DNA of 63,920 nucleotides, counting the filler, from Octopus bimaculoides (lineage: Eukaryota), in assembly GCF_001194135.2 (NCBI RefSeq). It is 6 parts of 5 records of this genome, joined end to end, with 100 filler letters (N's around TTAATTAATTAA, not from the genome) between each part and the next. Parts side by side here need not be neighbours in the genome. Positions count along the whole stretch, not along the records: positions 1 to 19,581 come from NC_068985.1; 5 more parts are not named here. One strand, written 5' to 3'. A model generated the notes under the pieces. It searched no databases and was not told where the DNA came from. It saw only the letters and a list, made by a program, of their open reading frames with translations. Shown piece after piece: positions 1 to 12,619 of this stretch (position 1 is the first letter of the stretch; every line of letters begins with the position of its first letter). A program made the position numbers and the translations under genes.

Positions 1-408
1 TATATATATGTGCGTGTGTGTATGTATGCATTATGTATGTATGGATGAATGTATAATTTACCACAAACAGTAAGTTGTCATTATAGTACTCGAAGTTTCG
101 AATGTGGGCGTGAAGAGGTGCGATGCATTCTCGCCGGCTATTAGTGGCAATAGACGCCATGAAAAACCGTTCAATAAAAGAAAAAGTAGTCTAATAGGTT
201 GAAGAAAAAGAAATAAATAGAAAAATGATAAAAAATACACGTGACCATATTCTCAAAATACATAGACATAAAACCTCCTGCGTTTATAACGTCTACATAC
301 GTATGCACTCACACAAACATGTGTATGTACATGCACTTACACACGCAAACATATATGTGCATGTACGTACTCATGCATACACACATATCCACACATACAC
401 ACGCACAC

Positions 409-443
<35 letters not shown>

Positions 444-1513
444 TGAGAAAGTTGGTATGTGAAAGCACGTGGTTGGATGTATAAAATATAATAAGAGTGA
501 AGAAACTACAGAAGGCTTGTGTTACATGGTTAAAGTATATATTTAAATTATGTCAGAAAAAATGTTATAAAATCTTTTTGGTATATAAACATTGTATTTT
601 GAGAAATAACCGGTTTCGTGTTGTCTTTTCAAATTTCTCTACTTCATTGTAACGTGTTCGCTCCACGCTCGTGTACAGATAGGTGCCAGCATGCATATAT
701 TTAGACATTCATACATAAAAATATACGTATATATATATACGTATATATATATATATATATATATATNNNNNNNNNNNNNNNNNNNNNNNNNNNNNNNNNN
801 NNNNNNNNNNNNNNNNNNNNNNNNNNNNNNNNNNNNNNNNNNNNNNNNNNNNNNNNNNNNNNNNNNNNNNNNNNNNNNNNNNNNNNNNNNNNNNNNNNNN
901 NNNNNNNNNNNNNNNNNNNNNNNNNNNNNNNNNNNNNNNNNNNNNNNNNNNNNNNNNNNNNNNNNNNNNNNNNNNNNNNNNNNNNNNNNNNNNNNNNNNN
1001 NNNNNNNNNNNNNNNNNNNNNNNNNNNNNNNNNNNNNNNNNNNNNNNNNNNNNNNNNNNNNNNNNNNNNNNNNNNNNNNNNNNNNNNNNNNNNNNNNNNN
1101 NNNNNNNNNNNNNNNNNNNNNNNNNNNNNNNNNNNNNNNNNNNNNNNNNNNNNNNNNNNNNNNNNNNNNNNNNNNNNNNNNNNNNNNNNNNNNNNNNNNN
1201 NNNNNNNNNNNNNNNNNNNNNNNNNNNNNNNNNNNNNNNNNNNNNNNNNNNNNNNNNNNNNNNNNNNNNNNNNNNNNNNNNNNNNNNNNNNNNNNNNNNN
1301 NNNNNNNNNNNNNNNNNNNNNNNNNNNNNNNNNNNNNNNNNNNNNNNNNNNNNNNNNNNNNNNNNNNNNNNNNNNNNNNNNNNNNNNNNNNNNNNNNNNN
1401 NNNNNNNNNNNNNNNNNNNNNNNNNNNNNNNNNNNNNNNNNNNNNNNNNNNNNNNNNNNNNNNNNNNNNNNNNNNNNNNNNNNNNNNNNNNNNNNNNNNN
1501 NNNNNNNNNNNNN

Positions 1514-1551
<38 letters not shown>

Positions 1552-1609
1552 TATATATTATATATATATTATTTATATGTATATGCGTGTGTATGTATTC
1601 GTGTATCTG

Positions 1610-1740
1610 TTTGTTCCCCCACCTTCGCTTGATAGCGATGTTGGTGTGTTTATGTCTCCGGAAGCTAGCGGTTCGGCTAAAGGAGATGTTCCAGCAGGGC
1701 TGCAGTCAAATAACTGAATGAAGTATAAAAGAATAAAAGA
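1610..1740 (+). mobile_element. SINE family A, diverged 3' half
   Basis: cttcgcttgatagcgatgttggtgtgtttatgtctccg...gcggttcggctaaaggag...cagcagggctgcagtcaaataactgaa matches the 3' half of copies at 37563 and 39833. Confidence 0.6.
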
Positions 1741-1940
1741 ATTATCATTCTCATGCTTAAGATGTTTCTTCTTGAACGCTTGTGATTGGTGTTCTATTTC
1801 CCACCAGTGCCATTTCGATTTGCCTAACTTTAAAGTACCCAAGTATACACTTTAAAAGCACGTTAGCCGAAATATCCCAACTACAGGCGTTTTAACAACA
1901 CATGTACATTAAAGTGAGTTATAATGATAATGTATATATA

Positions 1941-1991
<51 letters not shown>

Positions 1992-2104
1992 CTGTGTCTG
2001 TCTGCGTCTGTGTATGAGTGCGCGCGCGTATATATTATGATTATTGCGATACGGTGTGATATGTATGATTATCGTGTGAGCATATATATGCATCAAAAAT
2101 ACAG

Positions 2105-2138
<34 letters not shown>

Positions 2139-2398
2139 GTGTGTGTATATATATGTGTATGCACACACACACACACACACACAAGCACATATGTATAATA
2201 GTAAAATATCTCGTGAGTTAGTAAATGTTACTATTGCTCAGGTCCAAGGAGACACTTTGGCACCTGAGCTAAAAAAGCAACGGCGTAGAAAATTACATAT
2301 GAAAGACGCCGTACAGACTCATATGGTTATTTCGCGCCCATGTTCATACACATATGCAGACATATAAGCATGGACTAACACTTACTATATATATATAT

Positions 2399-2429
<31 letters not shown>

Positions 2430-3398
2430 NNNNNNNNNNNNNNNNNNNNNNNNNNNNNNNNNNNNNNNNNNNNNNNNNNNNNNNNNNNNNNNNNNNNNNN
2501 NNNNNNNNNNNNNNNNNNNNNNNNNNNNNNNNNNNNNNNNNNNNNNNNNNNNNNNNNNNNNNNNNNNNNNNNNNNNNNNNNNNNNNNNNNNNNNNNNNNN
2601 NNNNNNNNNNNNNNNNNNNNNNNNNNNNNNNNNNNNNNNNNNNNNNNNNNNNNNNNNNNNNNNNNNNNNNNNNNNNNNNNNNNNNNNNNNNNNNNNNNNN
2701 NNNNNNNNNNNNNNNNNNNNNNNNNNNNNNNNNNNNNNNNNNNNNNNNNNNNNNNNNNNNNNNNNNNNNNNNNNNNNNNNNNNNNNNNNNNNNNNNNNNN
2801 NNNNNNNNNNNNNNNNNNNNNNNNNNNNNNNNNNNNNNNNNNNNNNNNNNNNNNNNNNNNNNNNNNNNNNNNNNNNNNNNNNNNNNNNNNNNNNNNNNNN
2901 NNNNNNNNNNNNNNNNNNNNNNNNNNNNNNNNNNNNNNNNNNNNNNNNNNNNNNNNNNNNNNNNNNNNNNNNNNNNNNNNNNNNNNNNNNNNNNNNNNNN
3001 NNNNNNNNNNNNNNNNNNNNNNNNNNNNNNNNNNNNNNNNNNNNNNNNNNNNNNNNNNNNNNNNNNNNNNNNNNNNNNNNNNNNNNNNNNNNNNNNNNNN
3101 NNNNNNNNNNNNNNNNNNNNNNNNNNNNNNNNNNNNNNNNNNNNNNNNNNNNNNNNNNNNNNNNNNNNNNNNNNNNNNNNNNNNNNNNNNNNNNNNNNNN
3201 NNNNNNNNNNNNNNNNNNNNNNNNNNNNNNNNNNNNNNNNNNNNNNNNNNNNNNNNNNNNNNNNNNNNNNNNNNNNNNNNNNNNNNNNNNNNNNNNNNNN
3301 NNNNNNNNNNNNNNNNNNNNNNNNNNNNNNNNNNNNNNNNNNNNNNNNNNNNNNNNNNNNNNNNNNNNNNNNNNNNNNNNNNNNNNNNNNNNNNNNNA

Positions 3399-3441
3399 GA
3401 TAGATAGAAAGATAGATAGATAGATAGACAGACAGACAGTC

Positions 3442-3488
<47 letters not shown>

Positions 3489-3501
3489 TAGGCAGACAGA
3501 C

Positions 3502-3562
<61 letters not shown>
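3399..3562. repeat. Compound (AGAT)n/(AGAC)n tetranucleotide microsatellite
   Basis: Directly visible next to an N gap. Confidence 0.95.
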
Positions 3563-3563
<1 letters not shown>

Positions 3564-5510
3564 TAATTCAATAGCTAAAGTTAACGAGAGAGCTTTAACA
3601 AGATTCGAACCAGAATATATAGCCAATTCCGGATATATTGCTGTCACCAGACAATAATTACCGAGGCAATCTATCTGTGTCCACTCACCCTTCTAGGAGT
3701 AGCAGCTTAATTTCTCTCATATCACAAACTGTGTTTTTAGATGTATTATCTTAAGAGCATGAGGATGATCACAGCTCTTCTCAATCAAGTTTAATTTAAT
3801 GTGAATCCCCAATAACAACTTAAACAATGTTCATCTTCATATTCACAGATTCCTTCAAACGTTAGTGATGGCGTGTTTAATATTCTTTTAATGTTTAATT
3901 GAAATCTGTTTGTCTTGGCGTTAAAAGTCTGTGCATACGTATTGTAAAAAGGATCCATCCTTCAACAATTCCTGGTTTACTTATGTCACGCGTGTACACC
4001 AAGAGTTTTAGCTGCCGTCTTACCTTCCAGGCTTATCAGCAAATTGGGTTCTAATAGACAATGAACATGATGCCGGCTTTTCTAGATATGATTCAGTTTT
4101 GACTTCTATATCAGACGTTCTTATGTCCATAGATTCGTTTTGATTTTAATCGTGATGTCTACCCATATACCATTTTCACTGCGTACGATTCGGTGTAGAG
4201 TTGGAGTTAATCAATCATTCGACTTGTTCCAAGGTACATGGAATCAGTAGAAGGTAGAACCTAATCTCAAAAGAATACAGGAGCAAACAGTGTTTCAGTG
4301 CATTGCTGTATCAATAATTCAACTGGTAATAGGTTTGTGGTTTCATTTCTATCAGAAATCTCGTTATCAGTTTAGATTGGCGATTGATTTTCATATAAAG
4401 AAATCCATACATCGTTTATTAACGCTCTGGATCAAGTAGATGCATCGCAGATTTAGACTTCTAACCTTGATTTAACACTAACTAGTTTTATGTTTTTACG
4501 GTCAAAGGAAACACAACATTAAATCTCTTTCTTCGTTTTCTCCTTTATTTTCCCGTTTCTTTTTCACACTTCCACATTTTCATCCATCTTCTCCTGTTCT
4601 TTTTTCTCGTGATTTCTCTTGTTTTATTGTCCTGATATGTAACTCGTATAGGTCACGTGCACAGAGCTTGTAGATTGCTTGGAGACACTAGAAGTGTCAT
4701 TAAAACCTGCCTACATAACACCTCCAATGTATGAAACTATCAGTACCTCATATCTACATATTTCGTAAAGTAATAAACATTTATCTCTCACCGGATGGAG
4801 TAACGGGGAAGTGAAGTATCTGCAGTCAAATGAAAATTTTCATGGATTCCTTACCTTCCCACATTGTCACTACCTCACATAGTGTCAAGCAGTGCAGAAG
4901 TTATCAAGGAACATCCAACTTATTTTGGACCGTATTGTAACACCACCATTAATTTTGTCCCTGCAATAAACGTAGCTACCATACGAAAAGAGAGACACCT
5001 GATATCACTCCAATTATGCAATAGCAATTTTGTAAGGATTTTTTTTTCTCAGGCTTCTTTGTCCTTCCCTCAAATAGTTTTGACGTATCCTGAGAAAGCA
5101 TTTTGGGGCTTTTTTCGAGAACAGATCTCATAANNNNNNNNNNNNNNNNNNNNNNNNNNNNNNNNNNNNNNNNNNNNNNNNNNNNNNNNNNNNNNNNNNN
5201 NNNNNNNNNNNNNNNNNNNNNNNNNNNNNNNNNNNNNNNNNNNNNNNNNNNNNNNNNNNNNNNNNNNNNNNNNNNNNNNNNNNNNNNNNNNNNNNNNNNN
5301 NNNNNNNNNNNNNNNNNNNNNNNNNNNNNNNNNNNNNNNNNNNNNNNNNNNNNNNNNNNNNNNNNNNNNNNNNNNNNNNNNNNNNNNNNNNNNNNNNNNN
5401 NNNNNNNNNNNNNNNNNNNNNNNNNNNNNNNNNNNNNNNNNNNNNNNNNNNNNNNNNNNNNNNNNNNNNNNNNNNNNNNNNNNATATATATATATATACA
5501 TACATATACT

Positions 5511-5548
<38 letters not shown>

Positions 5549-6489
5549 CGCATAGATATACGGGTGCACACTCACACACATATATCCATCTATGTATCAA
5601 TCATCTATCTATCTATATATGTGTTTGAGTGTGTGTGTGCGTGTATGTGTGTACTCGAGCGCGCGTTTGGGCATGTAGGTAATATACAAAAATAGAAGAT
5701 GAATGGTGTATAAAAACATCAACTTTAAATGAAAATGAAGAAAATGAGGCATAAAAGCCAAGAGATGCATGCAAAAGTATACATGCAAACGTGGATGGTG
5801 ATGTTAATTTTTCTCGACAGTACTCCAAAGGAATTATATAACTATTAAAAGTTTCCCCTTTTTAAATCTGAAGTGATGCATATTACGAAAGACAAATATA
5901 GAAATTTTACAACGAAATCACATCTGCAGCAGTCTTTGTCATTTATAAAAGCAATCTGTTTGGCAGAGAAGATAAATAAATTTGTTGATAAATGTCACGT
6001 TTGACAGGTTTTTTACCTCTTTATTTCATATTTTAAAATTATAGTTATTATATATTATAAACTGTAATGTATTAGAAGGTGAAGCTTCTTGAATGACTCC
6101 AAGTTTCACGTTTGAGATTGTTCAAACGATTGACATTTCATTTCGTTATAACCGTATATAATGAAAAAAAAAGCCATCCGAGGGGCCATGCATACACCGC
6201 GCGCAGATGATTCTTTTTTGCAAATTACAGTGTGGCTTATAATGCGTTGCTTACATATGCTTTTTAATTGAACTGAATTAAGTTTTGTAAGTGATTGAGT
6301 AAAAGTTGATTAGAATCGATTCATATAAAAACAAAAAGAAAGTGAAGAAATTAATGTGACCACTTGCTTATCGCGAAATTTGTAAGTTCGATCTTAATTT
6401 TTTTTTTTATATAATGTAGTGAAATTAAGAAATCAACTCGTGAATAAAAGAAATCCCCGAATTCATCAGAAACGTGCACACACAGTCAC

Positions 6490-6620
6490 ATATGTATGTA
6501 CGTATGTATGTATGTATGTATGTATGTATGTATGTATGTATGTTTGTACGTACGTATGTATGTATGTATGTATGTATGTAGGTAGGTAGGTAGGTAGGTA
6601 GGTAGGTATGCATGCATGTA
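6490..6620. repeat. (TATG)n/(TAGG)n microsatellite
   Basis: Directly visible. Confidence 0.95.
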
Positions 6621-6774
6621 TGTATCCACACGTACCTACGTTCATATGTACACCATGATCTATACACACGCAGACGAGGGTCGATTTATATGAAAAAGAA
6701 CGTGAACAAAATAATATGACCACTTGTTTATCGGGAAGTTTGTAAGTTGATTTTTTTTAAGATAATTAAATCAA

Positions 6775-6947
6775 ATGAAGTAGTTGTATGCTGTCAACTT
6801 AATGTGACAGTGCCCTGAAGGGAATAATACTACTGTTGGTTAGACCTAGGAAGCTGCACCGCTTCCTGTCGGCCTTGACACATTTCCTGTGTCCTCCTTC
6901 CCTTCAGGGTATTGTCACATTAAGTTGACAGCATACAACTACTTCAT
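6775..6947. repeat. Inverted repeat with 49-bp arms (6775-6823 / 6899-6947); MITE-like or hairpin
   Basis: atgaagtagttgtatgctgtcaacttaatgtgacagtgccctgaaggga pairs with tcccttcagggtattgtcacattaagttgacagcatacaactacttcat with 2 mismatches. Confidence 0.9.
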
Positions 6948-7759
6948 CGTATCACTACTGCATAAATCTCTCTGAGACATTTAGAAATATATTATTTCTA
7001 AGTCAAACCAAATGTTCATCATTTTGAGCCACTCAGCCACTTCGCCCACTTCAATACTACCTTAGTACTATGTGCAATCTAAGTCATGAAATTAAGAGGT
7101 AAGAAAATGTTAAATAAGAGAGACTAACGGAGTACATATATATATATGCATGTATATAGTGTGGCAATGTTTCAGCGAGTAGAAAAGCTGTCAGTCAGCT
7201 AAGTGAGTAAAGGTAATATTATAATAATAAACCACAAATGTTGTTAAATGCAGACGAAGTGATCAATTTCAATAACAAATGGAAAATCTTCTCCAAAACC
7301 AAACGCTATATCAAAGGGTACAGAAAATTGTATCTTTCCAAAAACTTGACAATCTTCAACGAATTCGTAAATTCCAGGTACGAGATTTTTCTTTTTCTCT
7401 TTTGTATGTCCCTATTTCAAGAAATACATGTTGTAATTTAAAAGCAGGCCACCGGACACTTATAAACCATTAACATATTAACATCTTGTTTACGTCTGCT
7501 TCACATCAAACTATTGTAACGGTGGTTATCTTCATTGTTTTTTCATCTTGTCTTATTTACCAGCCTCTCTTTTTTAAAGAGTCATCTGCTCAAAAGACAT
7601 GACTTATATTGCAATATAAGTCATGAGTATAAGTCATGTCTTGTTCTCAGCTTGATTAAAGGCGAAATAAATAAACATTTTGACTGGGAAACCCTGGGTT
7701 GCAGTTTTTAACAAGATTTGTGGATTTTTATTATGCCTTTGTAATATCAACGGAAGAGC

Positions 7760-7985
7760 TTGCTTGTGAAATTAACGTGCAAATGGCTGAGCAATCCACA
7801 GACACGTGCACCTCTAACGTATTTCTCAGGGAGATTCGGAGTGACACAGAATGTGACAAGGCTGTCCCTTTGAAATACAGGTACAGCTCATTTTTGCCGG
7901 CTGAGTGGACAAAATGCATCGCCGGGAATTGAACTCACGACCTTACAATCGTGTGTCGAATGCCATAACCACTAAACCTCGCACC
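7760..7985 (-). mobile_element. tRNA-derived SINE (family C-like)
   Basis: Minus strand reads ggtgcgaggtttagtggttatggcattcgacacacgattgtaaggtcgtgagttcaattcccggcg, a tRNA-like A/B-box head resembling the copy at 23947. Confidence 0.7.
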
Positions 7986-8039
7986 TTCACATTTTAATAT
8001 ACGTTAATTTTCTAATATGATGGATAAAACACAAATCAT

Positions 8040-9229
8040 CGTACATATACCATCATATTCATGGAACAAAATTTCGCTTGCGAGAGTATGTGGAGTATTT
8101 CATGTCTATACAGTCTCTTTGAATACTCCAACAGTAGTCTGCCATCAAGTGTGTGTTCCATCAGCCTTGATATCTTTCCTCCATAATCCTGAGTGCTTGA
8201 TGAAAATGCTCATCATGTTCATCGCTCACGTCTCCGAGATTAGCAGGAAATTCATCGAGATGCCTATTGAGGAAATGAAGCTTTATGCTCATGGTGTATG
8301 TAGCCTAAAAGATGTAAGCCATCAAGTAATGTCTCCATCAAATCCTTGTAGTTTGCAGCCCTTTCACTCTACCAAAATTTTTTCACAACAGCCACAAATG
8401 AAACCCATGCTCTGTTTTTTTTTTTATGTCAGCCATCAAGCTCGAGAAATTCTGGGTTTTTTTTTTAAACATTTCTGATATGTAGCCCATCAAAAATACC
8501 ACAAGCTCTGCCTGGTTAAAGTTTTAACATTCCTTGGTCGATGTTTCTACAAAGTCGATATCACTGTCATGTTCATGATTTACATCTACTTCACATATAT
8601 CATCACTTTCATCTTGCAGTGAAGGTAGATCCTTGAAAACGGGTACTGGTATTCCATCTGAGTGAAGCACTAGATGAATTGCTGAATCCAGTGAAGCAAT
8701 AGATGAATTGCTGAATCCAGATTTGGGTAACTTATTTTATTCCAGGTTCTCTTGCTATAACCAGACGTCAATTGTGAGACATAAGTAGAATCGTTTACAT
8801 GGTACTTTGGCTCCCACCATAACATAGGAATATCAAATGTTAGTTGTTTCCTTGTGCTCTTTGTCCAATGGCGTAGATTTTCGACACAAGGTTTACATAC
8901 ATTGTGCGAGCCCACTATTTGTTCTGATCACCAACTTGAAACTAAAAGTAAGCTAAGTAGTATCTTTTCACAATGTCATCAATGTTCATTCTTTGACTTG
9001 GTACTGTAAAACACCTACATATATATATCAAAAAGAACCAGTGGTGTTCAAACGTTTCAAACATGGAACTACGGGTGGAACCAATAAGGGCCAGCCCATA
9101 GAAGAAAACAAAATAGACGTGATAGAAAAAAAGACTATTTTCATTTTTAAACTCAGTGACCCAAAATTACCCCAAAACAGGTTTCAAACTTAGGTCAGCA
9201 GAAAAAAATTTAGAATTTGTTAGCCAGTG
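8040..9229 (-). mobile_element. Internally deleted DNA transposon remnant, probably Chapaev3 (CMC superfamily)
   Basis: Manual minus-strand translation gives N-terminal YICRCFTVPSQRMNIDDIVKRYYLAYF..GDQNK*WA/HNVCKPCVENLRHWTK..IPMLWWEPKYH and C-terminal MSIKLHFLNRHLDEFPANLGDVSDEHDEHFHQALRIMEERYQG*WNTHLMADYCWSIQRD. The putative 5' end begins CACTG at 9229. Stops and frameshifts present. Superfamily assignment is from memory of the family. Confidence 0.75.
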
Positions 9230-9559
9230 TTAGCATTCACTATAAACCTATTTCGGAGATACAATGCCACGATCTAGAATAGCAGGTACATATTCTTTTC
9301 CCTCGAATTTAGGGTCTGCTTCATGTATTAGATCAGTCAACTGCTTAAAGTGGACATAATTCTTTTAGGTTTCATATGGTTAATATTGCAGTATACTCTG
9401 TCCAGTTAGCATCTTCATCTTCTATACCCATGTTATTCTGTTCGTAGTCGAGAAATTCCAAGACATTTGTGTCATTTACCTCTTACTCAAGACCGTCATT
9501 AAAATTCCTGATACCATTTTGGTATCCATCTCTAAGTCATGTCATTGCTTTGTTCAGGA

Positions 9560-10120
9560 GGCATACTTTGTTATCTCTTTCAAACACAACAAAATCTGGA
9601 GCTCTACTAGGAAATAGCCTGTGCCATCCATTCAAAACACAAACTTAATTTACAACTTTCCAAGTCTTGCAGATGAAGTGAAATCCTAGAAAGAATATTG
9701 AACCGTTTCCGGTATTACAATACTGTTGCATGAATGCCTTCTGCATTCTCTCAAAGGTAAGATCAAGATAGAGAACTTTAAAGTTAGCCATCACTTCCTA
9801 GTCAGTGGGCTGTAACAAAAAGGTATGGTTAACTGGTAGATAAATAAATTTGATTTCCTTTTGGGGGTCACATAACGTTACTGGATGGTCAGATGAGTTG
9901 TTTAACACAAGAATTGCTTTAGAAGAAATACTGTTCCTAACACAATATTCTTTAACTTCATCTTGGAAGTGGGACATAAAACACTCTTCAAAGACCGCTT
10001 CAGTTATCCACCTTTCGCGGTTAACATGTTAGTGCACAGGCAAATATAACATGCTAATGTTCGGGAAGGGTTAGCTATAAAGATCTAGTGCCGTTAACTC
10101 ATAAAAGCAGACACGATTTT
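9560..10120 (-). pseudogene. pogo/Tigger-type DDE transposase remnant
   Basis: Minus strand reads LPVH*HVNRERWITEAVFEECFMSHFQDEVKEYC..KAILVLNNSSDHPVTL..IKFIYLPVNHTFLLQPTD*EVMANFKVLY, matching the pogo/Tigger N.KAW.T...F / LDNA..HP / LPPNTTS.IQP.DQ pattern. Confidence 0.7.
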
Positions 10121-10214
10121 TATCTGCTATAAAAGTTCTACAGACAAACAGTAACCCAAGATGCCAAACTTTTATAACAGTTTAAAAACTGGATGTCTCT
10201 ACTGTCCTGTAGCA

Positions 10215-10610
10215 ACAGCTATGATAAGGCTATGGTGGTGCAGCTGCTGCTGCAGTCGTCGTAGGCGGTGGGGGTGGAAGTAGCTGTGACAGTAGCGGCG
10301 GCGGCAGCGACAGCGGTTATGGTGGTGGTAGCAGTGGTCGTGTTTGTTGTGGTGGAAGAAGCAGCGGCGGTGATGGTAGCGGTGCAGTTGGCGGGAGTGG
10401 CGGCGGTGGCGGTGGCGGTGGCGGTGGCGGTGGCGGTGGTAGTTTCTGCTGGTACTAGTGGTACTGGTGGTGGTGGTGATGATAATGATAATGGGGATCA
10501 TGATGATACGATGACAATGACGGCGACGATGCTGATGAAGCGGTGGAGCAGGTAGAGGAGGGCGATGCTGATATAGAAGACGACGTTAATGTAGCTGATG
10601 ATGATGTTTG
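10215..10610. repeat. Degenerate GC-rich trinucleotide tract (GGT/GGC/GCG then GAT)
   Basis: Low-complexity in all frames, with an internal (GGCGGT)n run. Confidence 0.85.
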
Positions 10611-10902
10611 AGACAGACAAGGAACAGTGGCTGGATACTTCGTTGCCACATCGTCTGCATCACCAAAATATTTGCCGGACCATCGATACCAGCCAATATA
10701 GACGGAATGTCCGATAATACATAATTAATCCATACAGCAAAAACATTTAAAAGTAGATAAACAACAACAACGGAATGGTCAATATCTAGCAGCATATTTA
10801 AGAAGAACATTAGCACATACCCACATACGCTCATGCTTACACACAGACATATAAAAGTATAAACACATGCAGAGGCTTAGAGTAACGCGTGCTTGTGTCT
10901 CT

Positions 10903-10961
<59 letters not shown>

Positions 10962-11244
10962 NNNNNNNNNNNNNNNNNNNNNNNNNNNNNNNNNNNNNNN
11001 NNNNNNNNNNNNNNNNNNNNNNNNNNNNNNNNNNNNNNNNNNNNNNNNNNNNNNNNNNNNNNNNNNNNNNNNNNNNNNNNNNNNNNNNNNNNNNNNNNNN
11101 NNNNNNNNNNNNNNNNNNNNNNNNNNNNNNNNNNNNNNNNNNNNNNNNNNNNNNNNNNNNNNNNNNNNNNNNNNNNNNNNNNNNNNNNNNNNNNNNNNNN
11201 NNNNNNNNNNNNNNNNNNNNNNNNNNNNNNNNNNNNNNNNNNNN

Positions 11245-11303
<59 letters not shown>

Positions 11304-11620
11304 CATATGTACCTTCTAAACAAATTCAGCAACAACTCGCAGAAAAGGACTTAGCTTTTTCCGTATCGATCTGTAAATATACAAACATAAATACACACGC
11401 ACGCGCACGCATGCACACAGACACACAGGCACACAGGCACATACTCAGAGAGTGAGACAGTGTGTGAAAGAGTGTGAGTGACAGACAGGCAGATAGACAG
11501 ACTCGCGTAGACTCAGATAAACATACATACACATTTACGTGCGTGTTTTCTTAGTAACGTATGCATGTCTACCCATATGCATACACACATATACACACAT
11601 AACTCTACAGAATGTGTGTA

Positions 11621-11657
<37 letters not shown>

Positions 11658-12013
11658 CTGTCTGTCTGTCTGACTGTCTGTCTGTGTATCTGTGCGTGAT
11701 TCCGTGTATCTTTATATGCACATAAGCAAAGATATATCCAATTTCGTTGCAGGCTACGTAAAGTATTTATTAGTTTACTGCGGAAAATCTAACTTAATTA
11801 TTCAGAGAGAATATCATTGGTGAATATTGGGATTTTGCTGCGAATTTGGATATGCTTGTGTTTTTGGTTATGGCCTGCAATGTGTGTATTTATTGATACA
11901 CACGCGCTTATTCAGTAACAGACAGGCATACTGACTCAGACTCATGTATAAAAGCATATAAACATAAACATATATGTGTATGAATGTGTGTATATGTATA
12001 TACACAAACATAC

Positions 12014-12070
<57 letters not shown>

Positions 12071-12619
12071 GATATATGCACACATAGATGCATGCATATA
12101 TACATATACACTGACATATATACATACATGTGCTGTGTGTATGTGTGTGTGAGTGTGTGTTGGTGTATGTGTGCGTGTGTAATAACTTTATACATAGGTA
12201 TACATGTATATCTGCATTTAAAACTGGAATAGTGCTTATATAGATTATTATGTTTCGTAAATGCTGGATAAATATTCGGTATAAGATAAACCACGGAATC
12301 AAAATGAAAATAATATAAAAATTAATTCTATTATAAACTAATCAATCAGAACGAATCCTAAAGTCAATTTGACCGACGAACAATGAGTCTTACGTAGGCG
12401 GCATACCGCTCTAACCGGCATACCAATCTAATCTAAATCCACTATATATTCATTTTGTTCATAGCCATGTAGATAAGAAGTTCGCTTCGCAAGTACACTG
12501 TAACGGTTTCTATCCCGCTGTTTAACATCTAGAGCCAGTTTCTTCTTGCATAACTTCACTTGACCCAAATTTTGTGAGTGAGATTTAAAAGAAAGGTCAT
12601 ATTTGCTAAAGCTTGCGGT

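Noticed and set aside
600-660. Minus-strand ...atgaag...cgaaaccggt resembling a hammerhead
   Set aside because: No CUGANGA box and no stem II complementarity
3700-4500. Possible Penelope RT remnant on the minus strand
   Set aside because: Only faint motif-like fragments (DTAM.., HPH..K) in inconsistent frames; not supportable without a profile search
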